NCBI GenBank assembly: GCA_034721935.1
Contig: JAYENE010000125.1
Location: 1 to 44,643, forward strand
Length of the DNA: 44,643 nucleotides
Reading direction: 5' to 3'
DNA from: Thermodesulfobacteriota bacterium
GTDB taxonomy: Bacteria > Desulfobacterota > Desulfobacteria > Desulfobacterales > ETH-SRB1
In this document: positions 8,429 to 17,176 of the stretch, piece after piece
How the letters are laid out: each line of letters begins with the position of its first letter
How positions within the stretch are numbered: the first letter of the stretch is position 1
Position numbers and translations under genes: made by a program
The notes under the pieces: model-generated
Told to the model about the DNA's origin: nothing
The model's input: only the letters and a program-made list of their open reading frames with translations
Database searches by the model: none

Positions 8429-8947
8429 TTATTTCCAGGCCTTTTTTAATTCTTCCATCTTGGCTGAAAAGCTATGTTTCATCTCCGTTGGAACCACTTT
8501 AACCATTTTTTCAGAAACCGTTTTCACATGGGGCGCTAATAAGGAGTTTTTGATTACAGGCGCGCCTTTTGGAAGGAATGTAGTAAAGGCAATAAGCAGA
8601 ACAGAGACAATAAGCGCTCCTTTGATTAAGCCGAATCCCGTGCCGCAAATGCGATCTACCCAGCCTAAAAAGGTAATATTGAGAATATATTTGATTATTA
8701 CACCCAGGATGCTTATTATTAAAAAAACAGCGCAAAAAATAATCAAAAAACTTAGTATATTACGATATGAATCGTTTTGTATCCAGCCGGATAAAGGAAT
8801 CGCAACCTGCATGTAATATGTGTATGCAGCATAAAAACCGCCTAATACCCCTATAATCGAAGACAGTTCCTTGATAAGCCCTCTAAAAAACCCTCTTATC
8901 ATGCAAAAACCGAAAATAATTATTATTACAATATCAAAAGTATTCAT
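8429..8947 (-). CDS. cvpA: CvpA family membrane protein
   Basis: 172 aa. The N-terminus MNTFDIVIIIIFGFCMIRGFFRGLIKELSSIIGVLGGFYAA and four hydrophobic segments are typical of CvpA (colicin V production protein family). Confidence 0.8.
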   Translation of the reverse strand: MNTFDIVIIIIFGFCMIRGFFRGLIKELSSIIGVLGGFYAAYTYYMQVAIPLSGWIQNDSYRNILSFLIIFCAVFLIISILGVIIKYILNITFLGWVDRICGTGFGLIKGALIVSVLLIAFTTFLPKGAPVIKNSLLAPHVKTVSEKMVKVVPTEMKHSFSAKMEELKKAWK

Positions 8948-8998
8948 GGGTTACCTTATGAGTCCTTTGAATAATTAACTTTCGTCGAATGTGTCATT

Positions 8999-9064
8999 CC
9001 CGCCTGCCAACGCCTGAAACAGCATTCAGCTTATGTGCCAGCATCTCTGGCAATAGCGGGCAGG
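8999..9064. repeat. GC-rich element with CCCGCCTGCCA...AGCGGGCAGG termini (copy 1)
   Basis: It shares the terminal words of the 81-bp insert at 43551-43631, but the interior differs. It is followed by a 12-bp-stem hairpin, GGAGAAATCTTA...TAAGATTTCTCC, at ~9075-9117. Confidence 0.35.
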
Positions 9065-9317
9065 TCGACCGCAGGGAGAAATCTTATCTTTTCAATATGT
9101 TGCAGTAAGATTTCTCCTGTCGTCGAAATAAGGATTTCTCGTTTCACTCGAAACGAAATGACAGGTCAAAGGGACTTTTCACGACACCATCAAAAATAAC
9201 AAAGCAAATTTTATCAGTCAAGGTGTTTTTCTTTTTTACTTTATCGGCTTAAAATTGTAGTTTGCATTCGATTAAAAGATTGTGATACATAAAAAATAAA
9301 GTAGCTTTGATTCCGAC

Positions 9318-10349
9318 ATGAAAGATAAATCAGACAATAAAAAAATCGAATATACATTTTCAGATATAAATCTGGCAAAGCAGCTTTTCGGGGAACATAA
9401 CAGCAACCTTCAAAGAATTGCCGGTGCATTAAATATCATAATCAATGCAAGGGGCAATACTGTATTTATTCAAGGCGACAGTATTGCCGTAAAGTTAGCG
9501 CAGAATATACTTGAGCAGCTCTACGGCCTGTTAAAGGATAATTGTCCGGTTTATTCGAATGATGTTGATTATGCGATCAGGGTTCTGAGCGAAGATGACA
9601 GCTTTAATTTAAAGGAGATTTTCTTAGATACTGTTTACGTTACTTCCAAAAAACATTCGATAACTCCAAAAAGCCGGGCTCAAAAAGAATATATAGATGC
9701 TATTCGAAAATATGATATGGTTTTTGGAATCGGGCCTGCAGGAACGGGTAAAACATATCTTGCGATGGCAATGGCGGTTGCCGCACTTTCAGAAAGGCAG
9801 GTTAGCCGTATAATTTTAACCAGACCCGCGGTTGAAGCCGGAGAAGCCCTTGGATTTTTGCCCGGTGATTTAACCGAAAAAGTCGATCCATATTTAAGAC
9901 CTCTTTACGATGCGCTTCATGATATGATGCGTTTTGAGAAGGTGTCGAGTCTGATGAAGAAGGGGATTATTGAAGTGGCTCCTCTCGCTTTCATGCGAGG
10001 CAGAACATTAAATGATTCTTTTGTTATTTTAGATGAAGCGCAAAACACCACTTCAGAACAGATGAAGATGTTTCTCACCCGAATAGGTTTCAGCTCCAAG
10101 GCCGTTATTACAGGCGATATTACACAGACTGATCTTCCGGTTGGAAAATCTTCAGGACTTATAGAAACAAAAAATATCCTTCGGGAAATAGGTGGAATAA
10201 AGTTCGTCTTTTTTTCAAAAACCGATGTTGTGCGCCATAGATTGGTCCAGGAAATCATCAAGGCATATGAAGAACTGGATGCAAAAAAATTCAGGGATTC
10301 AGGAATTGAGGGATTCAGGAATTTAGGGATTCAGGAATTGAGGGATTGA
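9318..10349 (+). CDS. phoH: PhoH-like ATPase (YbeZ)
   Basis: Has Walker A GPAGTGKTYLAMAMAV and Walker B FVILDEAQN, and lies in a phoH-HD-ybeY context. The last ~19 codons (RDSGIEGFRNLGIQELRD) are encoded by the 8-bp tandem array. Confidence 0.9.
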   Translation: MKDKSDNKKIEYTFSDINLAKQLFGEHNSNLQRIAGALNIIINARGNTVFIQGDSIAVKLAQNILEQLYGLLKDNCPVYSNDVDYAIRVLSEDDSFNLKEIFLDTVYVTSKKHSITPKSRAQKEYIDAIRKYDMVFGIGPAGTGKTYLAMAMAVAALSERQVSRIILTRPAVEAGEALGFLPGDLTEKVDPYLRPLYDALHDMMRFEKVSSLMKKGIIEVAPLAFMRGRTLNDSFVILDEAQNTTSEQMKMFLTRIGFSSKAVITGDITQTDLPVGKSSGLIETKNILREIGGIKFVFFSKTDVVRHRLVQEIIKAYEELDAKKFRDSGIEGFRNLGIQELRD

Positions 10350-10470
10350 GGGATTCAGGGATTCAGGGATTGAGGGATTCAGGAATTTAGGGATTCAGGA
10401 ATTAAAATCAGCAGAATACCTTCAATTCCTAAATTCCTAAATTCCCAATTAAGCGAAGCGAATTCCTAAA
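10293..10470. repeat. 8-bp tandem array (AGGRATTN x14) plus inverted arm
   Basis: Fourteen contiguous octamers (agggattc/aggaattg/aggaattt...) occupy 10293-10404. After a 16-nt spacer, the complementary arm ttcaattcctaaattcctaaattccc occupies 10421-10446, and aattcctaaatt follows up to the next ATG. Confidence 0.9.
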
Positions 10471-10479
10471 TTATGAATT

Positions 10480-12861
10480 ATGAATATAGAGAAAAACAAA
10501 GAATCGATTAACAGGCTTTTAGGGTCCAGCAATTATGCCCGATGGAGCATACTTGTCGGGGTCGCCATGATATTTACTATTATTTTTTACCCGAGCCTGG
10601 TTATTACAGAGCATTCTTATAAAATAGGCGATGTCGCAGATAGGGATATCAAGGCTCCGAGTGATTTTTTTATTGAGGATGAGTCTGCTACAGAAGCAAA
10701 CCGCAAGCTTGCTGTTGAGAAAGTATTAACCGTGTACGATCGTGATAAACTATTAGCGCCAAGATTAACGATGCGCGTGCAGCAGGCATTTGCAGATCTC
10801 AGAGCGGTTTTTAAAGATGAAATGCAAGATCAGGGTGAAGGGGCTGGCAAGAATAAAGCCTCCGTCCATGGCCGGATATGGCAGATGAAGAAGGGTTTTG
10901 AGGAAACAATCGGTATTTCTGTCAGTAAAGGCGCGTATCAGGTCCTTGAAAAGGAAAAGTTTTCGAAAGATATTGTTTATTTTATTTCCAAAATATTAAC
11001 ACAGATTTTGAAAAACGGTGTTGTAACAAATAAGGGAATCCTCCTTAAAGAGGCTGACAACGGAATATTTATAAGGGACGTCGGAACCGAAACAAACAGG
11101 GTCGTCAATAAAGTAAAGCAATATTACGGTCTTGACCAGGCAAAAACCATGGTCAGAATTATTGGTCAACCTTCTCTTAAGGACTTAGACTATACACTTA
11201 TAAACCTGATAGTAGATTTTGCCCAAAGGCTTATACAACCAAATATAACATTAAACAGAAGCGCGACTGAAGAACTGAAAAAGAGTGCGGCAACAGAAAT
11301 CAAGCCTGTTCTTTACAAAATAAAGGCAGGGGAGATGCTCTTGCGTGAAGGGGAAAGGGTTACTGAAATCCAGCTTTTAAAACTGAAAACCCTGCATACC
11401 CATATAAAAAATAAGCGAATACTTGCAAGCAGCATTGGAGCCTCAATGCTGCTTTTGTGCCTTTTGATAATAACATATATTATTCATATAAATCCTCAAA
11501 GCCGCAAAGCTCTTAACAACAATAAAAACCTGCTGTTTATCGCCAGCATGCTTATAACCTTTATTTTTATCGCCAGTATTTCGTCATCACTTTCTGAAAC
11601 ACTTAGCCAAAACACCACTTTTCCAATGTCCTCTTCATCAATACTTTATGGCGTTCCACTTGCCGCAGGAGCTATGACAGTATGTTTATTTATGAGTTTT
11701 GATATCGCCATCTCCTTTGCCATGCTGACCGCGCTTTGCACGGCAATCATATTTCAAAATAGATTTGAAGTTTTTATTTACTTTATGCTAAGCAGCACAA
11801 TGGCTGCCTATTGGATCAGAAATTGCAGAGAACGCAAAGTATTTATTAAGGCGGGAGCAAAACTTGGGTTGCTCAATCTTATACTTGTAACAGCTATAAG
11901 TGTTTATATGGCTGAGTTTTCAGCTTCTAACCTCTTATATGGCTGGGCTTTTGCGTTTATAGCCGGTGGAGTCGGTTCCGGGATTGTTGCGGCAGGTATT
12001 GTGCCTCTTGTAGAAATAGCCTTTGATTACACGACAGATATAAAATTGCTGGAGCTTGCAAATCTTGATCGCCCCATTTTACGCAGGCTTATGATAGAGG
12101 CTCCGGGAACTTATCATCATTCTGTAATTGTAGGCTCTATGGTTGAAGCGGCAGCATCTTCAATAGGGGCTAATCCTTTGCTGGCAAAAGTATGCGGGTA
12201 TTATCACGATATCGGCAAGATTAAGAAACCGCTGTATTTTATTGAAAACCAGAAAAACGGCAAGAACAAGCATGATAAGCTTGCTCCATCCATGTCAAGC
12301 CTGATCTTGATGTCTCACATAAAGGAAGGGGTCGAGACAGCCAAAGAGAATAAATTGGGTCAGGCCATAATCGATACCATCAGGCAGCATCACGGAACAA
12401 GCCTTATCAGCTACTTTTATGATAAGGCAAAGAAAATGAAAGGAGCAGATGCGGTAAATATCGATAACTTCCTTTATCCCGGCCCTAAACCCCAGACCAG
12501 GGAGGCGGCTCTTGTCATGCTGGCAGACGTTATTGAGGCTGCGTCGAGAGTGCTTGATAATCCTACGCCGTCCAGAATTCAAGGTCTTGTGCAGGATCTC
12601 ATAAACAAGATCTTTTCCGACGGCCAGCTTGAAGACTGTGATCTGACCTTAAAAGATTTGCACAGCATAGCAAAAAGCTTCAACAAAATATTAACAGGGA
12701 TATACCATCATCGAATCGAATATCCAGAAAAACCCGCTGCAAACAATAGAAAGGGCGGCAATGGAAATTCTGATAGACAACAGGCAAAACAAGTTCAGGA
12801 TATTACAAGAGAAAATACAGCAAACAGCGCAGGTCATATTAAGCGCCTTGGACTGTCCTGA
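10480..12861 (+). CDS. 7TM-HD membrane phosphohydrolase (YqfF/PgpH-like, HDIG domain)
   Basis: 793 aa with an extracytoplasmic N-terminal domain and a block of ~7 hydrophobic helices. The HD domain carries GTYHHSVIVGSM...CGYYHDIGK...HHG. This gene is the conserved neighbour of phoH and ybeY. Confidence 0.85.
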   Translation: MNIEKNKESINRLLGSSNYARWSILVGVAMIFTIIFYPSLVITEHSYKIGDVADRDIKAPSDFFIEDESATEANRKLAVEKVLTVYDRDKLLAPRLTMRVQQAFADLRAVFKDEMQDQGEGAGKNKASVHGRIWQMKKGFEETIGISVSKGAYQVLEKEKFSKDIVYFISKILTQILKNGVVTNKGILLKEADNGIFIRDVGTETNRVVNKVKQYYGLDQAKTMVRIIGQPSLKDLDYTLINLIVDFAQRLIQPNITLNRSATEELKKSAATEIKPVLYKIKAGEMLLREGERVTEIQLLKLKTLHTHIKNKRILASSIGASMLLLCLLIITYIIHINPQSRKALNNNKNLLFIASMLITFIFIASISSSLSETLSQNTTFPMSSSSILYGVPLAAGAMTVCLFMSFDIAISFAMLTALCTAIIFQNRFEVFIYFMLSSTMAAYWIRNCRERKVFIKAGAKLGLLNLILVTAISVYMAEFSASNLLYGWAFAFIAGGVGSGIVAAGIVPLVEIAFDYTTDIKLLELANLDRPILRRLMIEAPGTYHHSVIVGSMVEAAASSIGANPLLAKVCGYYHDIGKIKKPLYFIENQKNGKNKHDKLAPSMSSLILMSHIKEGVETAKENKLGQAIIDTIRQHHGTSLISYFYDKAKKMKGADAVNIDNFLYPGPKPQTREAALVMLADVIEAASRVLDNPTPSRIQGLVQDLINKIFSDGQLEDCDLTLKDLHSIAKSFNKILTGIYHHRIEYPEKPAANNRKGGNGNSDRQQAKQVQDITRENTANSAGHIKRLGLS

Positions 12862-13198
12862 TGGAGAACTTTCGATCCTTATCGTTGATGATCTTCAGAT
12901 AGAGGAGCTGAATAAAAGGTATCTTAATCGCTCAGGGCCTACAAATGTTATTGCTTTCCCCATGCGCGAAGGGAGGTTTTCAAATATAACTCCCCGGCTT
13001 CTTGGAGATGTGGTCATTTCCGTTGAAGCCGCCATGCGAGAGGGAAAACTCGCTAAAATAAGCATGGAAGATCGTTTTGATCAGCTTCTAATACACGGAA
13101 TTTTGCACCTGTTTGGTTATGATCATGAAAAATCGGAACAGGATGCTCAACAAATGAAAAAGAAAAGTGATGAATTGTTAGGTATGTTAAGTGACTAA
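12761..13198 (+). CDS. ybeY: rRNA maturation RNase YbeY
   Basis: Has the HGILHLFGYDHE zinc motif. The N-terminal length before ELSILIVDD matches family proportions. The gene overlaps the upstream gene by 101 nt. Confidence 0.9.
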   Translation: MEILIDNRQNKFRILQEKIQQTAQVILSALDCPDGELSILIVDDLQIEELNKRYLNRSGPTNVIAFPMREGRFSNITPRLLGDVVISVEAAMREGKLAKISMEDRFDQLLIHGILHLFGYDHEKSEQDAQQMKKKSDELLGMLSD

Positions 13199-13289
13199 AA
13201 GAAGTTATAAGCGCCTAAAATGCCTAAAGTATATTAAAATGCCTAAAGTTAAGGTATTCTGTCTATTTTAAAGCCTGCTTTGGCGCTAA

Positions 13290-13446
13290 GGGCTCGACAA
13301 AAAATAACTTCACATTTCAGGCGCTGATGCATCCCGCCTGACTGCGTTGCGAAAATTCTGAATATGCTTGATATTCATGCTTTTTCGCGCCTTGTCAGCC
13401 GAGCGCCTCAACACCTGAAATTGCGAACTTATTTTTTGCCGAACCC
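13290..13446. mobile_element. 157-bp MITE family A, copy 1
   Basis: Imperfect ~32-bp TIRs (GGGCTCGACAAAAAATAACTTCACATTTCAG / complement of GGGTTCGGCAAAAAATAAGTTCGCAATTTCAG). TAA is duplicated at 13287-13289 and 13447-13449. By manual alignment it differs at only 2 positions from the reverse complement of copy 3 (37692-37848). Confidence 0.8.
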
Positions 13447-13563
13447 TAACTACCGGTTCGCATAGTAGGCATGGGTCAAGGTTTCAAGGGATATAACTTG
13501 ATTGTATAGGAATTTCCATTTTATGGTCAATTTTAACAATAGGTTGGAGGCTATCAGCGCAAT

Positions 13564-13619
13564 GTAGGGGCGAATCTTGTATTCGCCCTAATCAGGGCGA
13601 TCACAAGGATCGCCCCTAC
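13564..13619. repeat. GTAGGGGCG...CGCCCCTAC double-hairpin element
   Basis: The outer stem GTAG/CTAC encloses two hairpins, GGGCGAAT-cttgt-ATTCGCCC and GGGCGATC-acaag-GATCGCCC. The same architecture with different stem sequences occurs at 6196-6256. Confidence 0.75.
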
Positions 13620-13817
13620 GAAACAACAATACAATTACAGCCTAAAAGCTCGCCCGATAGGGCGTTAATTAATAAAAGTTAAAATTAGCAGCACTAGAGG
13701 CGCATTCCTTAACTTTAGGCATTTTAGGCGCTCAAAATAGGGCGCCTTTCAGGACTAACAAAAACAAGCCACCTCATCTGGGGGGTGGTAATTTGACTAC
13801 ATACAGGAGGCTTATTA

Positions 13818-14537
13818 ATGGCTGGATTAGCTGTAAATGTCGATCATATTGCAACATTAAGGGAGGCCAGAAACATCCATTACCCTGAGCCTGTAGCAGC
13901 AGCGGCGCTGGCTGAATTAGCAGGAGCAGATGGTATTGTGGTTCACCTTCGGGAGGATAGACGCCACATTCAGGATCGGGATGTCAGAATTTTGCGACAG
14001 GTTGTGCAGACAAAGCTTATCCTGGAAATGGCTTCGACCCCTGAAATGGCTGGGATTGCTCTTGATATAAAACCTGATCTTGTGACCCTGGTGCCTGAAA
14101 AAAGGGAGGAGTTGACAACCCAAGGGGGGCTGGATCTGATTGTTCACAAAAGTGTTGTTTCTGAAACAATTGCCTTACTTCAAAACAGCAGTATTCCTGT
14201 CAGTGTCTTTATTGATCCGGATCCTGACCAGATAAAGTTGGCTTACCAGATAAATGCCGATATGGTTGAAATCCATACAGGATCATTTTGTGACGCAACA
14301 ACAGCCGCTAAAAAAGAAAAGGCCTTTTCTAAAATAGTTGATGCAGTCAAGCTGTCTGATAAACTTAAACTTGGCGTTAATGCCGGTCATGGAATTTGCT
14401 ATAAAACCATAAAAGCTTTTAAGGGCCTTAAAGAAATTGACGAGTTCAGCATTGGACACAGTATTGTTTCAAGGGCGGTTCTTGTGGGAATGGAAAAAGC
14501 GGTCAGGGAAATGGCGAAATTGATAAAGGAACTATAG
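13818..14537 (+). CDS. pdxJ: Pyridoxine 5-phosphate synthase
   Basis: LAVNVDHIATLREARNIHYPEPV...ADGIVVHLREDRRHIQDRDV matches the PdxJ signature. A strong SD (AGGAGG) lies 8 nt upstream of the ATG. Confidence 0.92.
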   Translation: MAGLAVNVDHIATLREARNIHYPEPVAAAALAELAGADGIVVHLREDRRHIQDRDVRILRQVVQTKLILEMASTPEMAGIALDIKPDLVTLVPEKREELTTQGGLDLIVHKSVVSETIALLQNSSIPVSVFIDPDPDQIKLAYQINADMVEIHTGSFCDATTAAKKEKAFSKIVDAVKLSDKLKLGVNAGHGICYKTIKAFKGLKEIDEFSIGHSIVSRAVLVGMEKAVREMAKLIKEL

Positions 14538-14605
14538 ATGAACAGCAATATTTTAGGCTGTTGAAAAAACTTACCTTTGACAGCGGTTTTTGAACCGCAG
14601 AATAT

Positions 14606-14741
14606 CTGCCTGTGCGTTGCACGCAGACAGGTCGAATAAGGAATTATGAATATCGCAGTAAGGTATTCTATTATTTTTACTACTATAAAAAGATAGAGCG
14701 TAGCGATTCCACCTGTCTGCGTGCGTACACGCACAGGCAGG
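14606..14741. repeat. Two-stem long palindrome (CTGCCTGTGCGT / ACGCAGACAGG ... CCTGTCTGCGT / ACGCACAGGCAGG)
   Basis: The words B (14606-14617), A-prime (14621-14631), A (14712-14722) and B-prime (14729-14741) pair as nested stems. The same four words recur in a different order at 22187-22243. Confidence 0.6.
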
Positions 14742-14887
14742 CAATTCATCATTCGAAATTCCTTGTTCGATATTCGATATTTAAATAATGCTTTGTCGAA
14801 TGAGCAACATCTCAACGAAAACAGCCAAATTTTCAAAGCGCTAAATTATTACGATTTCAGATGGTTTTAAGTACTAAGAGGTTTACT

Positions 14888-16495
14888 ATGTATCTTGTAA
14901 CAGCCGGCGAAATGCAGAAAATAGATCGACTTACCATTGAATCGTTCGGTATTCCCGGCAGAGTTCTGATGGAGAATGCGGGCCGGGGCGCAGCACAAAT
15001 TCTTTTTGAAAAGTTCGGCGGACTTCAAAATAAAAAGGTCGCCATTGTGGCAGGGCGCGGCAACAACGGTGGAGACGGTTTTGTTATAGCCCGTTATCTT
15101 GCCCAAAAGGACATTAAAGCGACCGTATATCTTTTATCAAAAAGGGCTGTGATTAAGGGTGATGCTGCCGCAAACCTGAAGCTGTTAGACCCTTTAAGTA
15201 TACCTGTTATCGAAATTCCTGACAAAAAGGCTTTTTCAGCGCATAGAACTTCTATGGTTTATCAGGAGATATGGGTTGACGCCATACTCGGGACTGGGCT
15301 GAAATCAGAAGTAAAGGGATATTTCAGAGAAATCATTGAGTTTATCAATAGCTTAAATAAACCGGTTTTTGCAGTGGACATACCATCTGGCCTGGATTCA
15401 GATACTGGTCAGCCGCAGGGCGCATGTATTCGGGCGCAAGCAACAGCGACATTTGCATTTGCAAAGACAGGTCTTATTCTTTTTCCGGGCGCAAGTTATA
15501 CCGGAAGCCTTGAAATAGTGGATATAGGGATACCGCATTACATAACAGCCCAGGTGAAACCAATGCAGCAACTTTTGACGCCGGTTTTATTCCGTAATTA
15601 TTTTAAGCCAAGGCTGCCGGATATACACAAGGGCGATGCCGGTCATCTTTTGCTACTTGCCGGATCCCCAGGAAAAACAGGAGCAGCAGCTATGACAGCT
15701 ATGTCTGCCATGCGTGTTGGCGCAGGCCTTGTTACTCTTGGGCTGGCAAACAGCATAAATGCTATCCTGGAAGCCCACATTCTCGAGGCAATGACCTTTC
15801 CTCTTCCTGAAACCGATGACGGCATGCTGGGTGAATCATCATTTAATGCGATTATGGATCTGCTTTCAGGTAAAAGGTGCCTTGCCATAGGGCCCGGCCT
15901 TGGAAGCGCTCATGAAACAAAGAGTCTTATTCGTCGGGTCATTCAGGAAAGCACGCTGCCGCTCGTTATTGATGCCGATGGGATAAACAGTCTGGCAGGT
16001 CATACGAAGATTTTACAAAACTTGAAAGCTCCGGTTATATTGACTCCTCATCCCGGAGAGATGGCAAGGCTTATTGATTCAACCGCCAAAAACATACAGA
16101 AAGATCGTGTGGGTTGCGCAAAGGATTTTGCGGAAAGGTTCAATGTTCATGTGGTGCTTAAAGGGGCGAGGACAATAATAGCCCATCCGGATGGCAGTGT
16201 TTTTATCAATCCTACCGGCAATTCCGGTATGGCGTCCGGAGGAATGGGTGATGTGCTGACAGGAATAATAGCAGGTCTTGTGACTCAGGGTTATTCTCCT
16301 GAAACAGCCGCACATGCCGGCGTATTCCTGCATGGAACAGCCGCTGATGCCATAGCGGATAAGACAGGGCCTTTTGGTTTTCTGGCAACCGATGTTATGA
16401 GGGCCATACCTGAACAAATTGGAAGACATATCTCTCCTTCGTCATTCCGGCGAAAGCCGGAATCCAGAACGTATGGAGAGGAAATTAGAAGGTGA
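14888..16495 (+). CDS. nnr: Bifunctional NAD(P)H-hydrate repair enzyme Nnr (epimerase/dehydratase)
   Basis: Begins MYLVTAGEMQKIDRLTIE and carries the GRGNNGGDGFV epimerase motif plus a C-terminal carbohydrate-kinase-like domain (GPGLG...GGMGDVLTG). The start is set at ATG 14888, which has AAGAGG 7 nt upstream; the ORF track starts at 14861. The last ~20 codons run into a palindromic repeat (tcattccggcgaaagccggaatcc). Confidence 0.88.
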   Translation: MYLVTAGEMQKIDRLTIESFGIPGRVLMENAGRGAAQILFEKFGGLQNKKVAIVAGRGNNGGDGFVIARYLAQKDIKATVYLLSKRAVIKGDAAANLKLLDPLSIPVIEIPDKKAFSAHRTSMVYQEIWVDAILGTGLKSEVKGYFREIIEFINSLNKPVFAVDIPSGLDSDTGQPQGACIRAQATATFAFAKTGLILFPGASYTGSLEIVDIGIPHYITAQVKPMQQLLTPVLFRNYFKPRLPDIHKGDAGHLLLLAGSPGKTGAAAMTAMSAMRVGAGLVTLGLANSINAILEAHILEAMTFPLPETDDGMLGESSFNAIMDLLSGKRCLAIGPGLGSAHETKSLIRRVIQESTLPLVIDADGINSLAGHTKILQNLKAPVILTPHPGEMARLIDSTAKNIQKDRVGCAKDFAERFNVHVVLKGARTIIAHPDGSVFINPTGNSGMASGGMGDVLTGIIAGLVTQGYSPETAAHAGVFLHGTAADAIADKTGPFGFLATDVMRAIPEQIGRHISPSSFRRKPESRTYGEEIRR

Positions 16496-16560
16496 GAAAG
16501 TTAGAAGATTAGTAATGAACATCCAACATCGAATGTTGAATGGGAAAGATGAAGAAATAG

Positions 16561-16693
16561 AGGTCAGAGGTAAGAAGGTCGGAGGGTAAGAAGGTGAGAA
16601 GGCGAGAAGGCGAGAAGGTGAGAAGGTGAGAAGGCGAGAAGTCTGAGGACCGGTAACCTTAAACCCTGAACTTTAAACCCTGAACCCTGAACT
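16561..16693. repeat. Tandem arrays GAGAAGGY (8-mer) and TGAACCC-type
   Basis: Six clean octamers lie at 16596-16643, preceded by degenerate units. TTAAACCCTGAAC x2 and CCTGAACT then run directly to the tsaE ATG at 16694. Confidence 0.85.
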
Positions 16694-17176
16694 ATGATTT
16701 GTAAACAGATTCAGATAACAACAGAATCTCTTGAAGAAACTCAGTTGCTGGGCCAAAAGATAGGCGCATTGATTTCAGCCGGAACAGTTATATGCTTAAT
16801 CGGTGATCTTGGAAGTGGGAAGACTTCATTTGTCCAGGGCCTGGCCATGGGTCTTGGAGTTTCTGACGATTACTATATAACCAGCCCTACATATGTTTTG
16901 ATAAATGAATATCCTGGCAGATATCCTCTATTCCATGTTGATTTGTATCGAATGGAAGACCATGTTGATTTCGAAGATATCGGGTTGTATGAAATACTTC
17001 GTGGTAAAGGCGTAGTTGTTGTTGAATGGTCTGATAAACTAAGTAAAAATTTTTTAGCTGAATATTTGACTATACATTTTGAAATATTAAATGACGAGTC
17101 ACGAAAGCTTACCATATCCGCAAATGCTTTGGAAGTGAGCGCTTTTATAGAAAGGATTGCGAAAGCATGGGCATAA
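16694..17176 (+). CDS. tsaE: tRNA t6A37 biosynthesis ATPase TsaE
   Basis: 160 aa with P-loop GDLGSGKTSFVQGLA and the downstream ...SPTY.L...Y......HVDLYR pattern. Confidence 0.88.
   Translation: MICKQIQITTESLEETQLLGQKIGALISAGTVICLIGDLGSGKTSFVQGLAMGLGVSDDYYITSPTYVLINEYPGRYPLFHVDLYRMEDHVDFEDIGLYEILRGKGVVVVEWSDKLSKNFLAEYLTIHFEILNDESRKLTISANALEVSAFIERIAKAWA

Larger units (their letters stand above)
13211..13731. repeat. Composite nested palindrome filling the ybeY-pdxJ spacer
   Basis: The outer arms are GCGCCTAAAATGCCTAAAGT...AAAATGCCTAAAGTTAAGG (13211-13254) and CCTTAACTTTAGGCATTTTAGGCGC (13707-13731). They enclose MITE A1 and the GTAGGGGCG hairpin element. Confidence 0.7.

Noticed and set aside
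8217-8816. 199-aa plus-strand ORF
   Set aside because: It is antisense to the well-supported cvpA gene and has no recognisable features.
10293-10404. Tandem arrays considered as CRISPR arrays
   Set aside because: The units are only 7-8 bp and directly contiguous with no spacers. No cas genes are present.
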